From NCBI GenBank assembly GCA_963727505.1, contig CAVSGP010000009.1, forward strand, positions 480,001-544,000: a stretch of DNA of 64,000 nt, read 5' to 3'. Of the stretch, positions 51,647 to 61,311 are shown in pieces. A program made the translations under genes and the position numbers. This DNA comes from an uncultured Trueperaceae bacterium. Its GTDB lineage: Bacteria > Deinococcota > Deinococci > Deinococcales > Trueperaceae. Position 1 is the first letter of the stretch; the number at the start of each line of letters is the position of its first letter. A model generated the notes under the pieces. It was not told where the DNA came from. It saw only the letters and a list, made by a program, of their open reading frames with translations, and did no database searches.

Positions 51647-52677
51647 GGTTCGACCGTCCGTGCGGCGGACTCCGGCCGTGCGGACTCTGCGCGCGCGGGA
51701 TCGATTCGGTCCGCCACCCACCAGCACGCCACGGTGTGGTCTGCTTCGACGCGGAGCGTGGGAGGGAAGGCCTCCACACAGGCGTCGCTGGCGTGCGGAC
51801 AGCGCGGATGGAAGCGGCAGCCTCCCGGTGGCTGCGACAGGTCGGGCGGCGCGCCCTCCAGGCCGTCGATGCGCTGCCGTTTGGTGGCGGACTCGAGCAC
51901 CAGCGTGGCGTCCATGAGGGCCCGTGTGTAGGGGTGCGCGGGCTCGAAGATCACCCGTTCTGTGGGGCCCATCTCCGAGACCTGTCCGGCGTACATGATC
52001 ATGGTGCGGTGGGCGACGTTGCGCAGGATCGGCAGCTCGTGCGTGACCAGGATGATCCCGCCGATGATGCCCTCGACCAGGAGCTGCGCCATCAGGGCCA
52101 GCAGCGCCCGTTGGGCGCTGACGTCGAGGGCCGAGGTAGGCTCGTCGGCGATCAGCACGCGGGGGTTGAGGAGGGTCGAGATGACGGCTACGACCCGCTG
52201 CTTCATGCCTCCTGAGAGCTGGTGGGGGTAGGCGTCGAGCACGCGCTCGGGGAGGTGGAGCTGGGCCAGGCGCTCGCGGGCGCGTTGCACCGCTGCCTGC
52301 CGGGTCACGGCGGGGTCGTGAGAGCGCAGCACGTCGAACACGAAGTCGCGCACGCGCTGGGTGGGGTTGAGCGAGTTCATGGCGCCCTGCGGCATCATCG
52401 AGACGATGGTGCCGCGATGCGAGGCTTCCGCGGTCGCCGACAGCGGCACCTCGCGACCGTCGATGCGCAGGCTGCCGCCGCGCGGGCACAGCGGCCAGCG
52501 CGCCACGGAGGCAAGCACCTGAGCGAGGGTCGACTTGCCGCAACCGGATTCCCCGGCCACGCCCAGGATCTCGCCCTCCCCGAGCGTCAGCGAGACGCCG
52601 TCCACGGCGCGGATCCAGCCGTTCAGGCCGTGCCGGTAGTAGGCCTGCAGATCGTCGGCGACCAGAAGCTCACGCAC
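51643..52677 (-). CDS. ABC transporter ATP-binding protein (DppD-like)
   Basis: GESGCGKST, LSGGMKQR, ADEPT, HPYT, GCRFHPRC. Confidence 0.92.
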   Translation of the reverse strand: MRELLVADDLQAYYRHGLNGWIRAVDGVSLTLGEGEILGVAGESGCGKSTLAQVLASVARWPLCPRGGSLRIDGREVPLSATAEASHRGTIVSMMPQGAMNSLNPTQRVRDFVFDVLRSHDPAVTRQAAVQRARERLAQLHLPERVLDAYPHQLSGGMKQRVVAVISTLLNPRVLIADEPTSALDVSAQRALLALMAQLLVEGIIGGIILVTHELPILRNVAHRTMIMYAGQVSEMGPTERVIFEPAHPYTRALMDATLVLESATKRQRIDGLEGAPPDLSQPPGGCRFHPRCPHASDACVEAFPPTLRVEADHTVACWWVADRIDPARAESARPESAARTVEP

Positions 52678-53533
52678 AGTTCCCACCTCCTCCCTGCAAG
52701 CGGGGGTTGTAGATCTCGTCGAGGCTGGAGTTCAGCAGCAGCAGCCCGAAGGACACGACCGACAGGAAGAACGTGGGCGGGATGAACGTCCACCAGACCC
52801 CCTGCCGGACCGCCTCCCAGAGGAGTGACCACTGCAACAGGATCCCCAGCGAGATGGTGTTGGTCGGACCCAGGCCGAGCAGGCTGAGCGCTGCCTCCGT
52901 CAGCACCGCGGTCGCGAGCTGCAGCGTGAAGGCCATCCCCAGGTAGGACAGGATGTAGGGGATCACGTCGCGAAGGATGATGCCGAAGCCGCCTGCGCCC
53001 GAGAGCCGTGCGATGTCGATGTGCTCGCGGGTTCGCAGACTGCTGGTCTGCGCCGCGACGGCGCGCGCCGTCCACGGCCAGGAGGTGACGCCGATGATCA
53101 GCCCCATGGTGACGGCGGAGCGCGAGCCCAGCGCGATGGACAACAGGATCAGCACGACGATGGCCGGGATCGTGATGAGCACATTGGTCACGCCCATCAG
53201 TGCCTCCTCGATCACGCCTGCGTAGAAGCCCGCCACCGTGCCCACGAGCACGCCGATGAGCACGGCCACCAGTCCGGCGATCGCGCCGATCTCCAACGAG
53301 TTGCGCGTGCCGTACATCAGCAGGGTGAGCTCATCACGTCCGAAGTTGTCCGTGCCCAGCGGTGGGTGGGCGGCGGGGGAGTTGTTGACGCCGCCGACGA
53401 CCGCGTTGGGGTCGTGCCCGGATAGGACGGGACCGAGCAGCGCGAAACCGAGCACGAGGAGGACCAGCAGCAGGCTGGTGTTGAAGCGGCTGGAGCGCAG
53501 GGCCGTCCGGAGGAAGCGAGCGCGCATCAGCAT
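52670..53533 (-). CDS. ABC transporter permease (DppC-like)
   Basis: HPPLGTDNFGRD, EAALSLLGLG. Confidence 0.92.
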   Translation of the reverse strand: MLMRARFLRTALRSSRFNTSLLLVLLVLGFALLGPVLSGHDPNAVVGGVNNSPAAHPPLGTDNFGRDELTLLMYGTRNSLEIGAIAGLVAVLIGVLVGTVAGFYAGVIEEALMGVTNVLITIPAIVVLILLSIALGSRSAVTMGLIIGVTSWPWTARAVAAQTSSLRTREHIDIARLSGAGGFGIILRDVIPYILSYLGMAFTLQLATAVLTEAALSLLGLGPTNTISLGILLQWSLLWEAVRQGVWWTFIPPTFFLSVVSFGLLLLNSSLDEIYNPRLQGGGGNCA

Positions 53534-53535
53534 GC

Positions 53536-54552
53536 TCAGCGCTCCCCGCTACGCGCCGCGCGGATCCGCGGGTCGATGACCCCGTACGCGAGGTCGACCA
53601 GGAAGTTCGCCAGGAGCACCGCCACGATGATGATGAGCGTCACGCCCTGGATCAGCGGGTAGTCGTTGGCGTTGATGGCGTTGAACAGCAAGGTGCCGAT
53701 GCCGGGGTAGGAGAACACGATCTCGGTGATGAGCGCACCTCCCACCAGGGTCCCGAGTGCCAGCGCCAGCCCGGTGATCTGCGGGAGCATGGCGTTGCGG
53801 AAGACATAGCCGAGCACGCGGCGGTCGCTGACACCGAGCGAGGTGGCGTAGTTCACGTAGTCGCTGCCGAGCTCGTAGATCGCCATGGAGCGCATCCCCA
53901 CGGCCTGACCCCCGATGGCGATGACCAGCAGCGACAGGAAGGGAAGGAGATAGTGGCCCAAGGCGTCGACCATGAACCCCCAGGACAGGTTCGGGATGGT
54001 CCCGAACGAATAGCCGCCGGCCGACGGGAAGATCGGCACTGCGACGGCGAAAACATAGAGCAGAACGATAGCGAGCGCGTAGTAGGGGATGCTCGAGAGA
54101 GCGAGGGCGCTGACGAAGAGGTTGCGGTCGAACGCGCCCCGCTTGTACGCCGCCAGTGCCCCGAGCAGGTTGCCCAGGATCCATCCCAACAGGATCGCGG
54201 GCAGTTGGAGTGCGAGGGTCCAGGGGACCGCCTGCCGGATGAGCGTGGTGACGCGGGCGGGGAAGAGCGAGAACGATTGCCCGAGGTCGCCGTGGACGAT
54301 GTTGCCAAGATACGCGAAGAACTGCCCGGACAGCGGCTTGTCGAGATCGAACTGGGTGATGAAGGCCTGGTAGGTCTTGCTGGCGCTGGCGCCCCCGCCG
54401 CCGCCCTGCAGGAAGCGCGCGACGATGAGGTCGACGGGATTGCCCGGAACCAGGCGCGGCAGGAAGAAGTTGAGGCTCACCGCGGCCACGAGGGCGATGA
54501 GGTACCAGCCCAGCTTGGTGAGGATGTACCTCCGGAAGGTTGGGGACATCAT
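53536..54552 (-). CDS. ABC transporter permease (DppB-like)
   Basis: PRLVPGNP, GDLGQS, RNAMLPQ, EIVFSYPGIG, DPRIR. Confidence 0.92.
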   Translation of the reverse strand: MMSPTFRRYILTKLGWYLIALVAAVSLNFFLPRLVPGNPVDLIVARFLQGGGGGASASKTYQAFITQFDLDKPLSGQFFAYLGNIVHGDLGQSFSLFPARVTTLIRQAVPWTLALQLPAILLGWILGNLLGALAAYKRGAFDRNLFVSALALSSIPYYALAIVLLYVFAVAVPIFPSAGGYSFGTIPNLSWGFMVDALGHYLLPFLSLLVIAIGGQAVGMRSMAIYELGSDYVNYATSLGVSDRRVLGYVFRNAMLPQITGLALALGTLVGGALITEIVFSYPGIGTLLFNAINANDYPLIQGVTLIIIVAVLLANFLVDLAYGVIDPRIRAARSGER

Positions 54553-54570
54553 GCCCTCTCCAGGTGCCGC

Positions 54571-54601
54571 GAAGGAGGGAGCGAGGGTCGCCCCCTCCTT
54601 C
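54571..54601. other. Intercistronic hairpin after the solute-binding gene (mRNA stabiliser or attenuator)
   Basis: GAAGGAGGG(A)GCGA-ggg-TCGC(C)CCCTCCTTC. Confidence 0.55.
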
Positions 54602-54613
54602 GGGCAGGGACGT

Positions 54614-56326
54614 CTACTTCAGCTTCACGTCGCGCAGCACGTCGATGTACCACTGCGGTGACGTGCCCATGGGGTTGTCGGCCGTCGGGAAGTTGGTCCA
54701 CACCGACGTGTTGAACTCGTAGAACAGGAGCGGCCGGTACATCAGTGGGATGCCCGGGACGTCCTGCATGAAGATCTTGTCGAGCTCGGCGTAGGCCGCC
54801 TTCTTGTCGGCGACCGTGGCCGCCGCGCCGGCCTTGTCGAGCAGCGGCGGGACGGCGGGATTGGCGTAACGGCTGTAGTCCCAGAACGCGTTCTGGCCCA
54901 CCGCCGGCACGCTTCGGTTGTCCATCATGTCGCGGAAGCGCGCCCACGGCGCGTCCGGACCCACGCCCGAGATGTAGAACAGGGCCAGGTCGAAGTTGCC
55001 GGTCTGCACATCGTTGATGTCGACCGGAGCCTGCGGGAAGTTGGTCGTCACGTCGATGCCGACCGCCTTTGCGCTCTGCGACACCACCTGCAGGGCCGCC
55101 ATCCAGTCGGTCCAGCCGTACGGCGTCTGGGCCACGAAGCTCAGCTTGGTGCCGTCGGGCAGGACGTAGATGCCGTCGGAGCCCTTGGTGGCATGGAGCT
55201 GGTTCTCGAGGATGTCCTTGGCCTTGGCCGGGTCGTACGTCCAGCCGTACTGGTCGACGTTCTGCGCGTCGAAGTACTGAGACTCGACGCCCGACGGGAT
55301 GATCAGGCTCGACTTGGCCGGCTCGGAGTAGCGCGACATCGCGGTCTGCGCGATGAGCGGGTAGTTGATGGCGTAGGCGAGCGCGCGGCGCACCAGGACG
55401 TTGTCGAGCCCCTTGCGCTGCACGTTGACCAGCATCATCGGGATGGATCCCGGGATGTAGTAGGGCTCGCTGCTCAACCAGGTGCCGACGTTCTTGATGG
55501 TCCAGACGTTCGGCACGAACTGCTGCGACCAGTCGAGCTGGCCCTGCTGCAGCGCCAGGTTGCCGGCATCGTTGCTCTTGAAGATCGGGTGCACCACGTA
55601 CTTGGGCGCCGGCATGCCGTAGAGGCCCTTGCCCCAGTAGTTGTCGAAGCGCTGGAGCACGATCTGCTCGGCGTTGTAGCTCATCACGGTGTACGAACCC
55701 GACCCGACGGGGTCGAAGTTCTCGTACTGGAGCAGGGCGGACTGGCCCTGGTCGGCCACGGCCTGCCAGATGTGCTGCGGCAGGATGTAGACGGTATCGA
55801 CGTAGCGTTCGACCACGCCGGGGTTCGGCAGGGCGGGATCGAGGTTGAACACCACGGTCTGCGCGTCAGGGGTGTCGACCGAGGTCAGGTAGTCCCACAC
55901 CCCGGTGGTGCTGACCGAGAAGTTCTTGCCGAGCTCGAACGTGAACTTGACGTCGGCCGACGTCAACGGCTGGCCGTCCTGCCACATGGTGCCGGGCTGC
56001 ATGTGGACGGTGAGCTGTGTCGGCGTCGTCCAGGCCATGTCCTTGCCGAGCGCCGGGGCGTTGGAGCCGTCCACGATGTTGGACGTGAACAGCGTCTCGA
56101 AGATGTAGCCGGCCCCGTTGATGCCCATCTGCCCGTTCCCGCCTGTGGGCCAGGCCGGGCTGGACGACAGCGGGTTGAAGTTCGTGGGCGGGCCCCACTG
56201 GTGGCCGCCGATGTAGAGCGTCTCGTTGCGCGGCAACGACTGGGCGACGGCGATGGAGCCGGCCGCGACCAGAGCGAGTGCCGCGAGAGCCGCGAGGATC
56301 CTGAAGGTGGGATGCCGTTTCGCCAT
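54614..56326 (-). CDS. Family-5 ABC solute-binding protein, probably oligosaccharide-binding
   Basis: Signal peptide; LPRNETLYIGGHQWGPP, WQDGQPLTSADV, PYGWTDW; recalls Thermotoga beta-glucoside/cellobiose SBPs; sugar operon context. Confidence 0.85.
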   Translation of the reverse strand: MAKRHPTFRILAALAALALVAAGSIAVAQSLPRNETLYIGGHQWGPPTNFNPLSSSPAWPTGGNGQMGINGAGYIFETLFTSNIVDGSNAPALGKDMAWTTPTQLTVHMQPGTMWQDGQPLTSADVKFTFELGKNFSVSTTGVWDYLTSVDTPDAQTVVFNLDPALPNPGVVERYVDTVYILPQHIWQAVADQGQSALLQYENFDPVGSGSYTVMSYNAEQIVLQRFDNYWGKGLYGMPAPKYVVHPIFKSNDAGNLALQQGQLDWSQQFVPNVWTIKNVGTWLSSEPYYIPGSIPMMLVNVQRKGLDNVLVRRALAYAINYPLIAQTAMSRYSEPAKSSLIIPSGVESQYFDAQNVDQYGWTYDPAKAKDILENQLHATKGSDGIYVLPDGTKLSFVAQTPYGWTDWMAALQVVSQSAKAVGIDVTTNFPQAPVDINDVQTGNFDLALFYISGVGPDAPWARFRDMMDNRSVPAVGQNAFWDYSRYANPAVPPLLDKAGAAATVADKKAAYAELDKIFMQDVPGIPLMYRPLLFYEFNTSVWTNFPTADNPMGTSPQWYIDVLRDVKLK

Positions 56327-56391
56327 GGTGGCGTTGTCCTCTCTTGATCTTGGGTAGGCTTACCGAGCGGGTCGGTCGGGACTTCTGTCTT

Positions 56392-57423
56392 CTAGGGCAC
56401 CTCCCTTCGTTGCACCGAGGCACGCTTGACGAGGGCGAGCGGCGGAAGGTCGGGCCGACCTGCTCCATGCTCGCCGCGGATATCGCGGAGGAGACGGTCG
56501 GCCACGATGCGGCCGAGCGCCTCCAGGGGTTGCTGGACGGTGGTGAGGGGTGGGGTGGTGAACGACGACATGCGCTGGTCGTCGAAGCCGATCACGGAGA
56601 GGTCGCCCGGACAGCGCAGTCCGCGCTCCCATAACGCGCTGAGGGCGCCGAGCGCCATCTGATCGTTGGCGACGAAGACCGCGCTCACATGGCTGCGGTC
56701 GAGCAGCGTCCGCATGGCGTCGCGGCCGCCTCTCTCCTGGAAGTCACCCTCCACGATCCATGCGGGGTCGACCTCGAGACCGGCGTCGGCCATGGCTTGG
56801 ACGTAGCCCTCACGCCGCTCGCGGGCGTGCAGGTTGTTCGATGGTCCCGCGAGGTGGCCGATGCGGCGGTGCCCCATCTCGAGCAGATGCCGGGTCGCCG
56901 TGACGCCGCCGGCGCGCTGGTCCCAGGCCAGGCAGCGGTCTTCGATCTCCGGGACCACGCGTCCCAGCACGAGGGTGGGCGTGCCGCGGCTGACGACTTC
57001 AGCCAGATCGGAGTCGCACACGGCCTCCAAGAAGACCACGAGCCCATCGACGTGCCGGTTCAGGAGGTCGAACAGGGTGTCCTTCTCGTCCGCTCGTTGG
57101 CCGTTGCCACCCGCCACGATCAAGCGGTAACCCCCATCGGCCAGACGGGACTCGAGGCCGTCGAAGAGGTCAGCGAAGAAGCCGCCGACGTAGGTCGCGG
57201 CGACGCCGACGGCATGGGAACGACCGCTGTGGAGGGCGCGGGCATGGGGATTGGGTCGGTACCCGAGGTCGCGGGAGGCCGTGACCACGCGATCCCGCAG
57301 CTCCGGCGCCACCGTCTTCGCGCCGTTCAGTACGCGTGAGACCGTCGCGACCGAGACGCCTGCGGTCCGCGCCACGTCCACGATCCGGATCCTCCGAGAG
57401 CGGGGACTCCCCCTCTTCTTCAA
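56392..57423 (-). CDS. LacI-family transcriptional regulator
   Basis: IVDVARTAGVSVATVSRVLN, YRPNPHARAL, SVIGFDD, PPLTTV; start uncertain (TTG 57423). Confidence 0.92.
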   Translation of the reverse strand: MKKRGSPRSRRIRIVDVARTAGVSVATVSRVLNGAKTVAPELRDRVVTASRDLGYRPNPHARALHSGRSHAVGVAATYVGGFFADLFDGLESRLADGGYRLIVAGGNGQRADEKDTLFDLLNRHVDGLVVFLEAVCDSDLAEVVSRGTPTLVLGRVVPEIEDRCLAWDQRAGGVTATRHLLEMGHRRIGHLAGPSNNLHARERREGYVQAMADAGLEVDPAWIVEGDFQERGGRDAMRTLLDRSHVSAVFVANDQMALGALSALWERGLRCPGDLSVIGFDDQRMSSFTTPPLTTVQQPLEALGRIVADRLLRDIRGEHGAGRPDLPPLALVKRASVQRREVP

Positions 57424-57449
57424 CGTCTTCCCCCTGACAACCAACCTGC

Positions 57450-57495
57450 GAGAAAAGCTTTTCTCAAAGTTAGCGGGCGGCCCGTCCTCTGTCAA
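57450..57495 (-). promoter_or_regulatory. Operon promoter TTGACA-17-TAACTT with a perfect 16-bp palindromic operator at the start site
   Basis: -35 at 57490-95, -10 at 57467-72, GAGAAAAGCTTTTCTC at 57450-65. Confidence 0.75.
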
Positions 57496-57532
57496 GGACC
57501 GATGACCCGGCTGTCAAGGACCGATGCCCCGG
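57489..57532. repeat. 2 x 22 bp tandem duplication (1 mismatch) containing the -35 box
   Basis: CTGTCAAGGACCGATG(A/C)CCCGG at 57489 and 57511. Confidence 0.9.
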
Positions 57533-57626
57533 CAACGCCGGGCACGTGTACGGACGGGCTCGGCGAGGTGGCTGCCGCAGCCGGAGCGGGAACGGTAGAA
57601 TGCCGCGCAAGCCCGGGAGGAGAACC

Positions 57627-60020
57627 ATGAAGCTCGCCCTACGCATCGTCGGTGTGGTGGTCGTCGTGCTCGTCGTCGCCGCAGCGGGAGCCTGGCTCTA
57701 CCTGCGCACCTCGCTGCCGAAGACGCGGGGCACGGTCGTGCTCCCCGGCCTTCACCAGAGCGTCGACGTCGTCCGCGACGCCAACGACGTGCCGCACATC
57801 TACGCCAAGGACAAGGCCGACGCGATCTTCGCGCTCGGCTACGTGCATGCCCAGGACCGCCTGTGGCAGATGGACTTCCAGCGGCGCGTCGCCGCAGGCC
57901 GGCTGTCCGAGGTCCTCGGCGGCGCCACCGTCGACACCGACAAGTTCCTCCGCACCCTCGGGGTGTACCGTGCTGCCCAGGAGGCCCTGGACCACCTCGA
58001 TCCGCAGACCCGCATGTTGCTCGACGCCTACGTGGCCGGGATCAATGCCTACCTCGCCGACCACCGCGGCGCCTGGCCGCCCGAGTACGTGGTGCTTGGC
58101 GTGAAACCCGAGCCCTTCAAGGCTGCCGATGTGATCGCCTGGGCCAAGATGATGTCGTGGGACCTGTCGGGCAACTGGAACGACGAGCTGCTGCGAGCCC
58201 GGCTCATCGCCAAGCTCCAGCCCAGCGACCCGCAGAAGCTCGTCGCCACCCTCTGGCCCGGTTACCCGAAGGACGGGCCGGTGGTGCTGCCGAACTTCAC
58301 CGCCCTGTACAAGACGCTGCCGCTCAACGCGCTCGCGGCAGCCGCGCCCGCGCCGCCTCCGCCCGGCCTGGGCTCGAACGACTGGGTGGTCGACGGCGCG
58401 CACACCGCCACCGGCAAGCCGCTGCTCGCCAACGACCCGCACCTGGGGCTCGATGCGCCCTCGCTGTGGTATCTGGCGCAGATCTCGGCGCCGGGACTCG
58501 ATGTCATCGGCGGCACCCTCCCCGGGACGCCGGCCGTGCTGCTGGGGCGCAACGACCGCATCGCCTGGGGCTTCACCAACACCGGGCCCGACACCCAGGA
58601 CCTGTTCATGGAGAAGGTGGATCCCAGCGACCCCACCCGCTACCTCACACCATCGGGGAGCGAGCCCTTCGGTACGCGCCGCGAGGTGATCCACGTCAAG
58701 GGCGGCGACGACGTTGTCCTGAACGTGCGCACCACCCGTCACGGGCCGGTGATCTCGGACGTGGCCTCGAGCGCCGCACAGGTGGCCAAGGAGCACGGCG
58801 GCGACGTCGTGCTGGCCATGCAGTGGACGGCGTTGGAGCCGGACGACACCACCATCCAGGCCGTGATGGAGATGAACACCGCGCAGAACTGGGACCAGTT
58901 CAAGACCGCCCTGCGCGACTTCGTCACGCCCGAACAGAACATCGTCTACGCGGACGTCGACGGCAATATCGGCTACTACGCCCCGGGGAGGATCCCGATC
59001 CGCAAGAGCGGCGAGGGAACCGTCCCGGCGCCGGGCTGGACGGGCGCCTACGACTGGGTGGGGAGCGTGCCCTTCGACGCGCTGCCGCACACCTTCAACC
59101 CCGCCAACGGCCAGGTGGTCACCGCCAACGACAAGGTGGTCCCAGACGGCTACCCGTACTATCTCACCCGGGATTGGGCCGTTCCCTACCGGGCCGAGCG
59201 GATCCAGGCGCTGCTGGCGGGAAGTCCCAAGGCCACCGTCGATACCATGGAGAGCATCCAGTCCGATCAGACGTCGTTGATGGCCCGCACGTTCCTTCCC
59301 ACGCTGCGCGCCGTGACGCCGGGCAGCGATCTGGCGCGCAAGGCGCAGGCGCAGCTCGTCGGCTGGGAAGGGGACATGGCGCGGGACCAGGCGGCTCCCC
59401 TGATCTTCGCCGCTTGGTATCGGGCGTTCTCCAAGCGCGTCTACGCCGACGAGATGGGGGACCTGTTCGACGCCTACTACGGGTTCCACCCGCGCTTCCT
59501 CGAGCACGTGCTGACCAGCGATCCGGCGTGGTGCGACGACGTTCGCACGCCCGGAGTGGAGACCTGCCAGCAGCAGGCCGGGGCCGCCCTACAGGACGCC
59601 GTCGACCAGCTCGCCAAGAGCTACGGCAAGGACCCCGCGCGCTGGCACTGGGGCGCCGCGCACCAGGCCCTCAGCGCCCACCAGGTGTTCACCAACACGC
59701 CGCTGCGGGGCCTGTTCGACCTGCGCGTCCCCAACGGCGGCGGCGCCTACACCGTCGACGTGGGGCGCTACGACATGGGGGACGCCAAGCGTCCCTACCA
59801 GCAGATCGTCGGGCCAGGCTATCGCGCCGTGTACGACCTCTCGCAGGGGGGCACGTCGCGCTTCATCCAGACCACGGGTCAGTCGGGCAACGTGCTATCG
59901 CGCCATTACCGTGACTTCCTGCGTCGCTGGCGCGACGTGCGGTACCTGCCCATGAGCCTCGAGCGGAACGACGCCGAGAAGGGACAGATCGGAACGCTGC
60001 ACCTGACGCCCGGCTCCTAG
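57627..60020 (+). CDS. Penicillin acylase family (S45 Ntn-hydrolase), membrane-anchored
   Basis: N-terminal TM, HAQDRLWQM, GSNDW autocleavage Ser, LANDPHL, WGFTN, GQSGN. Confidence 0.9.
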   Translation: MKLALRIVGVVVVVLVVAAAGAWLYLRTSLPKTRGTVVLPGLHQSVDVVRDANDVPHIYAKDKADAIFALGYVHAQDRLWQMDFQRRVAAGRLSEVLGGATVDTDKFLRTLGVYRAAQEALDHLDPQTRMLLDAYVAGINAYLADHRGAWPPEYVVLGVKPEPFKAADVIAWAKMMSWDLSGNWNDELLRARLIAKLQPSDPQKLVATLWPGYPKDGPVVLPNFTALYKTLPLNALAAAAPAPPPPGLGSNDWVVDGAHTATGKPLLANDPHLGLDAPSLWYLAQISAPGLDVIGGTLPGTPAVLLGRNDRIAWGFTNTGPDTQDLFMEKVDPSDPTRYLTPSGSEPFGTRREVIHVKGGDDVVLNVRTTRHGPVISDVASSAAQVAKEHGGDVVLAMQWTALEPDDTTIQAVMEMNTAQNWDQFKTALRDFVTPEQNIVYADVDGNIGYYAPGRIPIRKSGEGTVPAPGWTGAYDWVGSVPFDALPHTFNPANGQVVTANDKVVPDGYPYYLTRDWAVPYRAERIQALLAGSPKATVDTMESIQSDQTSLMARTFLPTLRAVTPGSDLARKAQAQLVGWEGDMARDQAAPLIFAAWYRAFSKRVYADEMGDLFDAYYGFHPRFLEHVLTSDPAWCDDVRTPGVETCQQQAGAALQDAVDQLAKSYGKDPARWHWGAAHQALSAHQVFTNTPLRGLFDLRVPNGGGAYTVDVGRYDMGDAKRPYQQIVGPGYRAVYDLSQGGTSRFIQTTGQSGNVLSRHYRDFLRRWRDVRYLPMSLERNDAEKGQIGTLHLTPGS

Positions 60021-61120
60021 CCGTCGTCGTCGCCCGTCGTGGACGGATAGGGCCGCCCGCGGTGTGTCGCCTGCAGGCGGTGGCGCAGGCCGAGATGATC
60101 GAGCAGGGCCGCGGTGACCTCCGTCAGGCCGGCGCTGTCGCGGGTCAGCAGCAGCGACCACCCCGGCCGCCCGAGGGGACGGGCACGCACGCCCGCCGGC
60201 ACGCGCGTCGGCGGGGCGATCAGGTCTTCCGGGGGAACGGCGTCCTCTCGCGCGTACTGGACCGCGACCGCGGCCAACACGAAGTAGAGGGCGCTGCGCG
60301 AGGTGATCGGCAACGCAACGCCGTCGAACTCGGCACGCAAGCGGCCGCGCAGGTTCGCGACGCTCTCGGCATGGAGCAACAGGTCGTCGAGACTAACGGT
60401 GGCGAGGGCGTCGGCGTCGCGTACCATGCCGAGCTCGGTGGCGTGCAGCGTGACGCTGACCGCGCGGCGAACGGCGCGGTCGTCGACCGCGCGGCGCACG
60501 CGGAGCAGGTGATGGGCGCGAAGCAGCTCGAGCACCTTGTCGGGCTCGACCTCGGGCCCGCCCAGTACGCGCCGCAGCTCCTCCAGCCCGATCTTGCTGG
60601 ACAGCCGCGCCAGCTTGTCGGCCAGCCACTCCTGCTGCAGGAGTGACCGGGCCAGCTCGACGCGCCGGCCGACATCGGGCCCGCCCACCTGGAACAGGCG
60701 CGCCAGCACGCTGGGGAAGATGTCGTCGTAGAGGCTGAAGCCGTACGCCTCCTCGTCCCGCATCAGCAGCTGCCAGTCGCCTCCGTTGGTGCGGATCGTG
60801 AAGGCGCCGTCGACGCCCTCGCCCGGACCGACCCCGCGTGTCAGCGAGACGCCCACGGCGTGCACCGCCGCCACCGCCCAGGCGTCCCCCGACTGCACGC
60901 GGTAGAGCATGCGATCGCCGTCGCTGGTGCCTCGTAGCGTGGCCAGATCGAAGACGTCCACGCCACAGGCGTCGAGCAGCGGCAGCAGCGCTACCTGCGC
61001 TACGCCCAGGGCGTCGGGGCGGGGTTGGACGACGAGTCGTTCCTTGACGCGGGCGACGGTGGCCAACAGGCTTCCGCCGCTCGACCCGGCATGGCTAGAC
61101 GTGAGGTAAGCGATTCCCAT
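60017..61120 (-). CDS. Hypothetical protein with degenerate HsdR-N-terminal-like (restriction-fold) domain
   Basis: LLPLLDACGVDVFD and TNGGDWQL resemble HSDR_N hallmarks; no D...ExK visible. Confidence 0.55.
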   Translation of the reverse strand: MGIAYLTSSHAGSSGGSLLATVARVKERLVVQPRPDALGVAQVALLPLLDACGVDVFDLATLRGTSDGDRMLYRVQSGDAWAVAAVHAVGVSLTRGVGPGEGVDGAFTIRTNGGDWQLLMRDEEAYGFSLYDDIFPSVLARLFQVGGPDVGRRVELARSLLQQEWLADKLARLSSKIGLEELRRVLGGPEVEPDKVLELLRAHHLLRVRRAVDDRAVRRAVSVTLHATELGMVRDADALATVSLDDLLLHAESVANLRGRLRAEFDGVALPITSRSALYFVLAAVAVQYAREDAVPPEDLIAPPTRVPAGVRARPLGRPGWSLLLTRDSAGLTEVTAALLDHLGLRHRLQATHRGRPYPSTTGDDDG

Positions 61121-61311
61121 GGGCGGCGTTCCTGCCGACCAGCATAGCGGGCGCCCGGCCGTTCGCGGCAACGGTTGCCGCATTCCGTCGCCCGAGGCGC
61201 GCCAGGCATCCCGCGGGCCGCCGCGAAGCGGTCCCGGAGGAGCGGCGCCGTCAGGCGCCGGCCGGGTTGTCCATCGCGGCCCTCATGCCGCCGAACGCGC
61301 TCGGCTTTCGC

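Noticed and set aside
46049..57532. Sugar operon as a mobile element
   Set aside because: No integrase, transposase, tRNA target or flanking direct repeats seen
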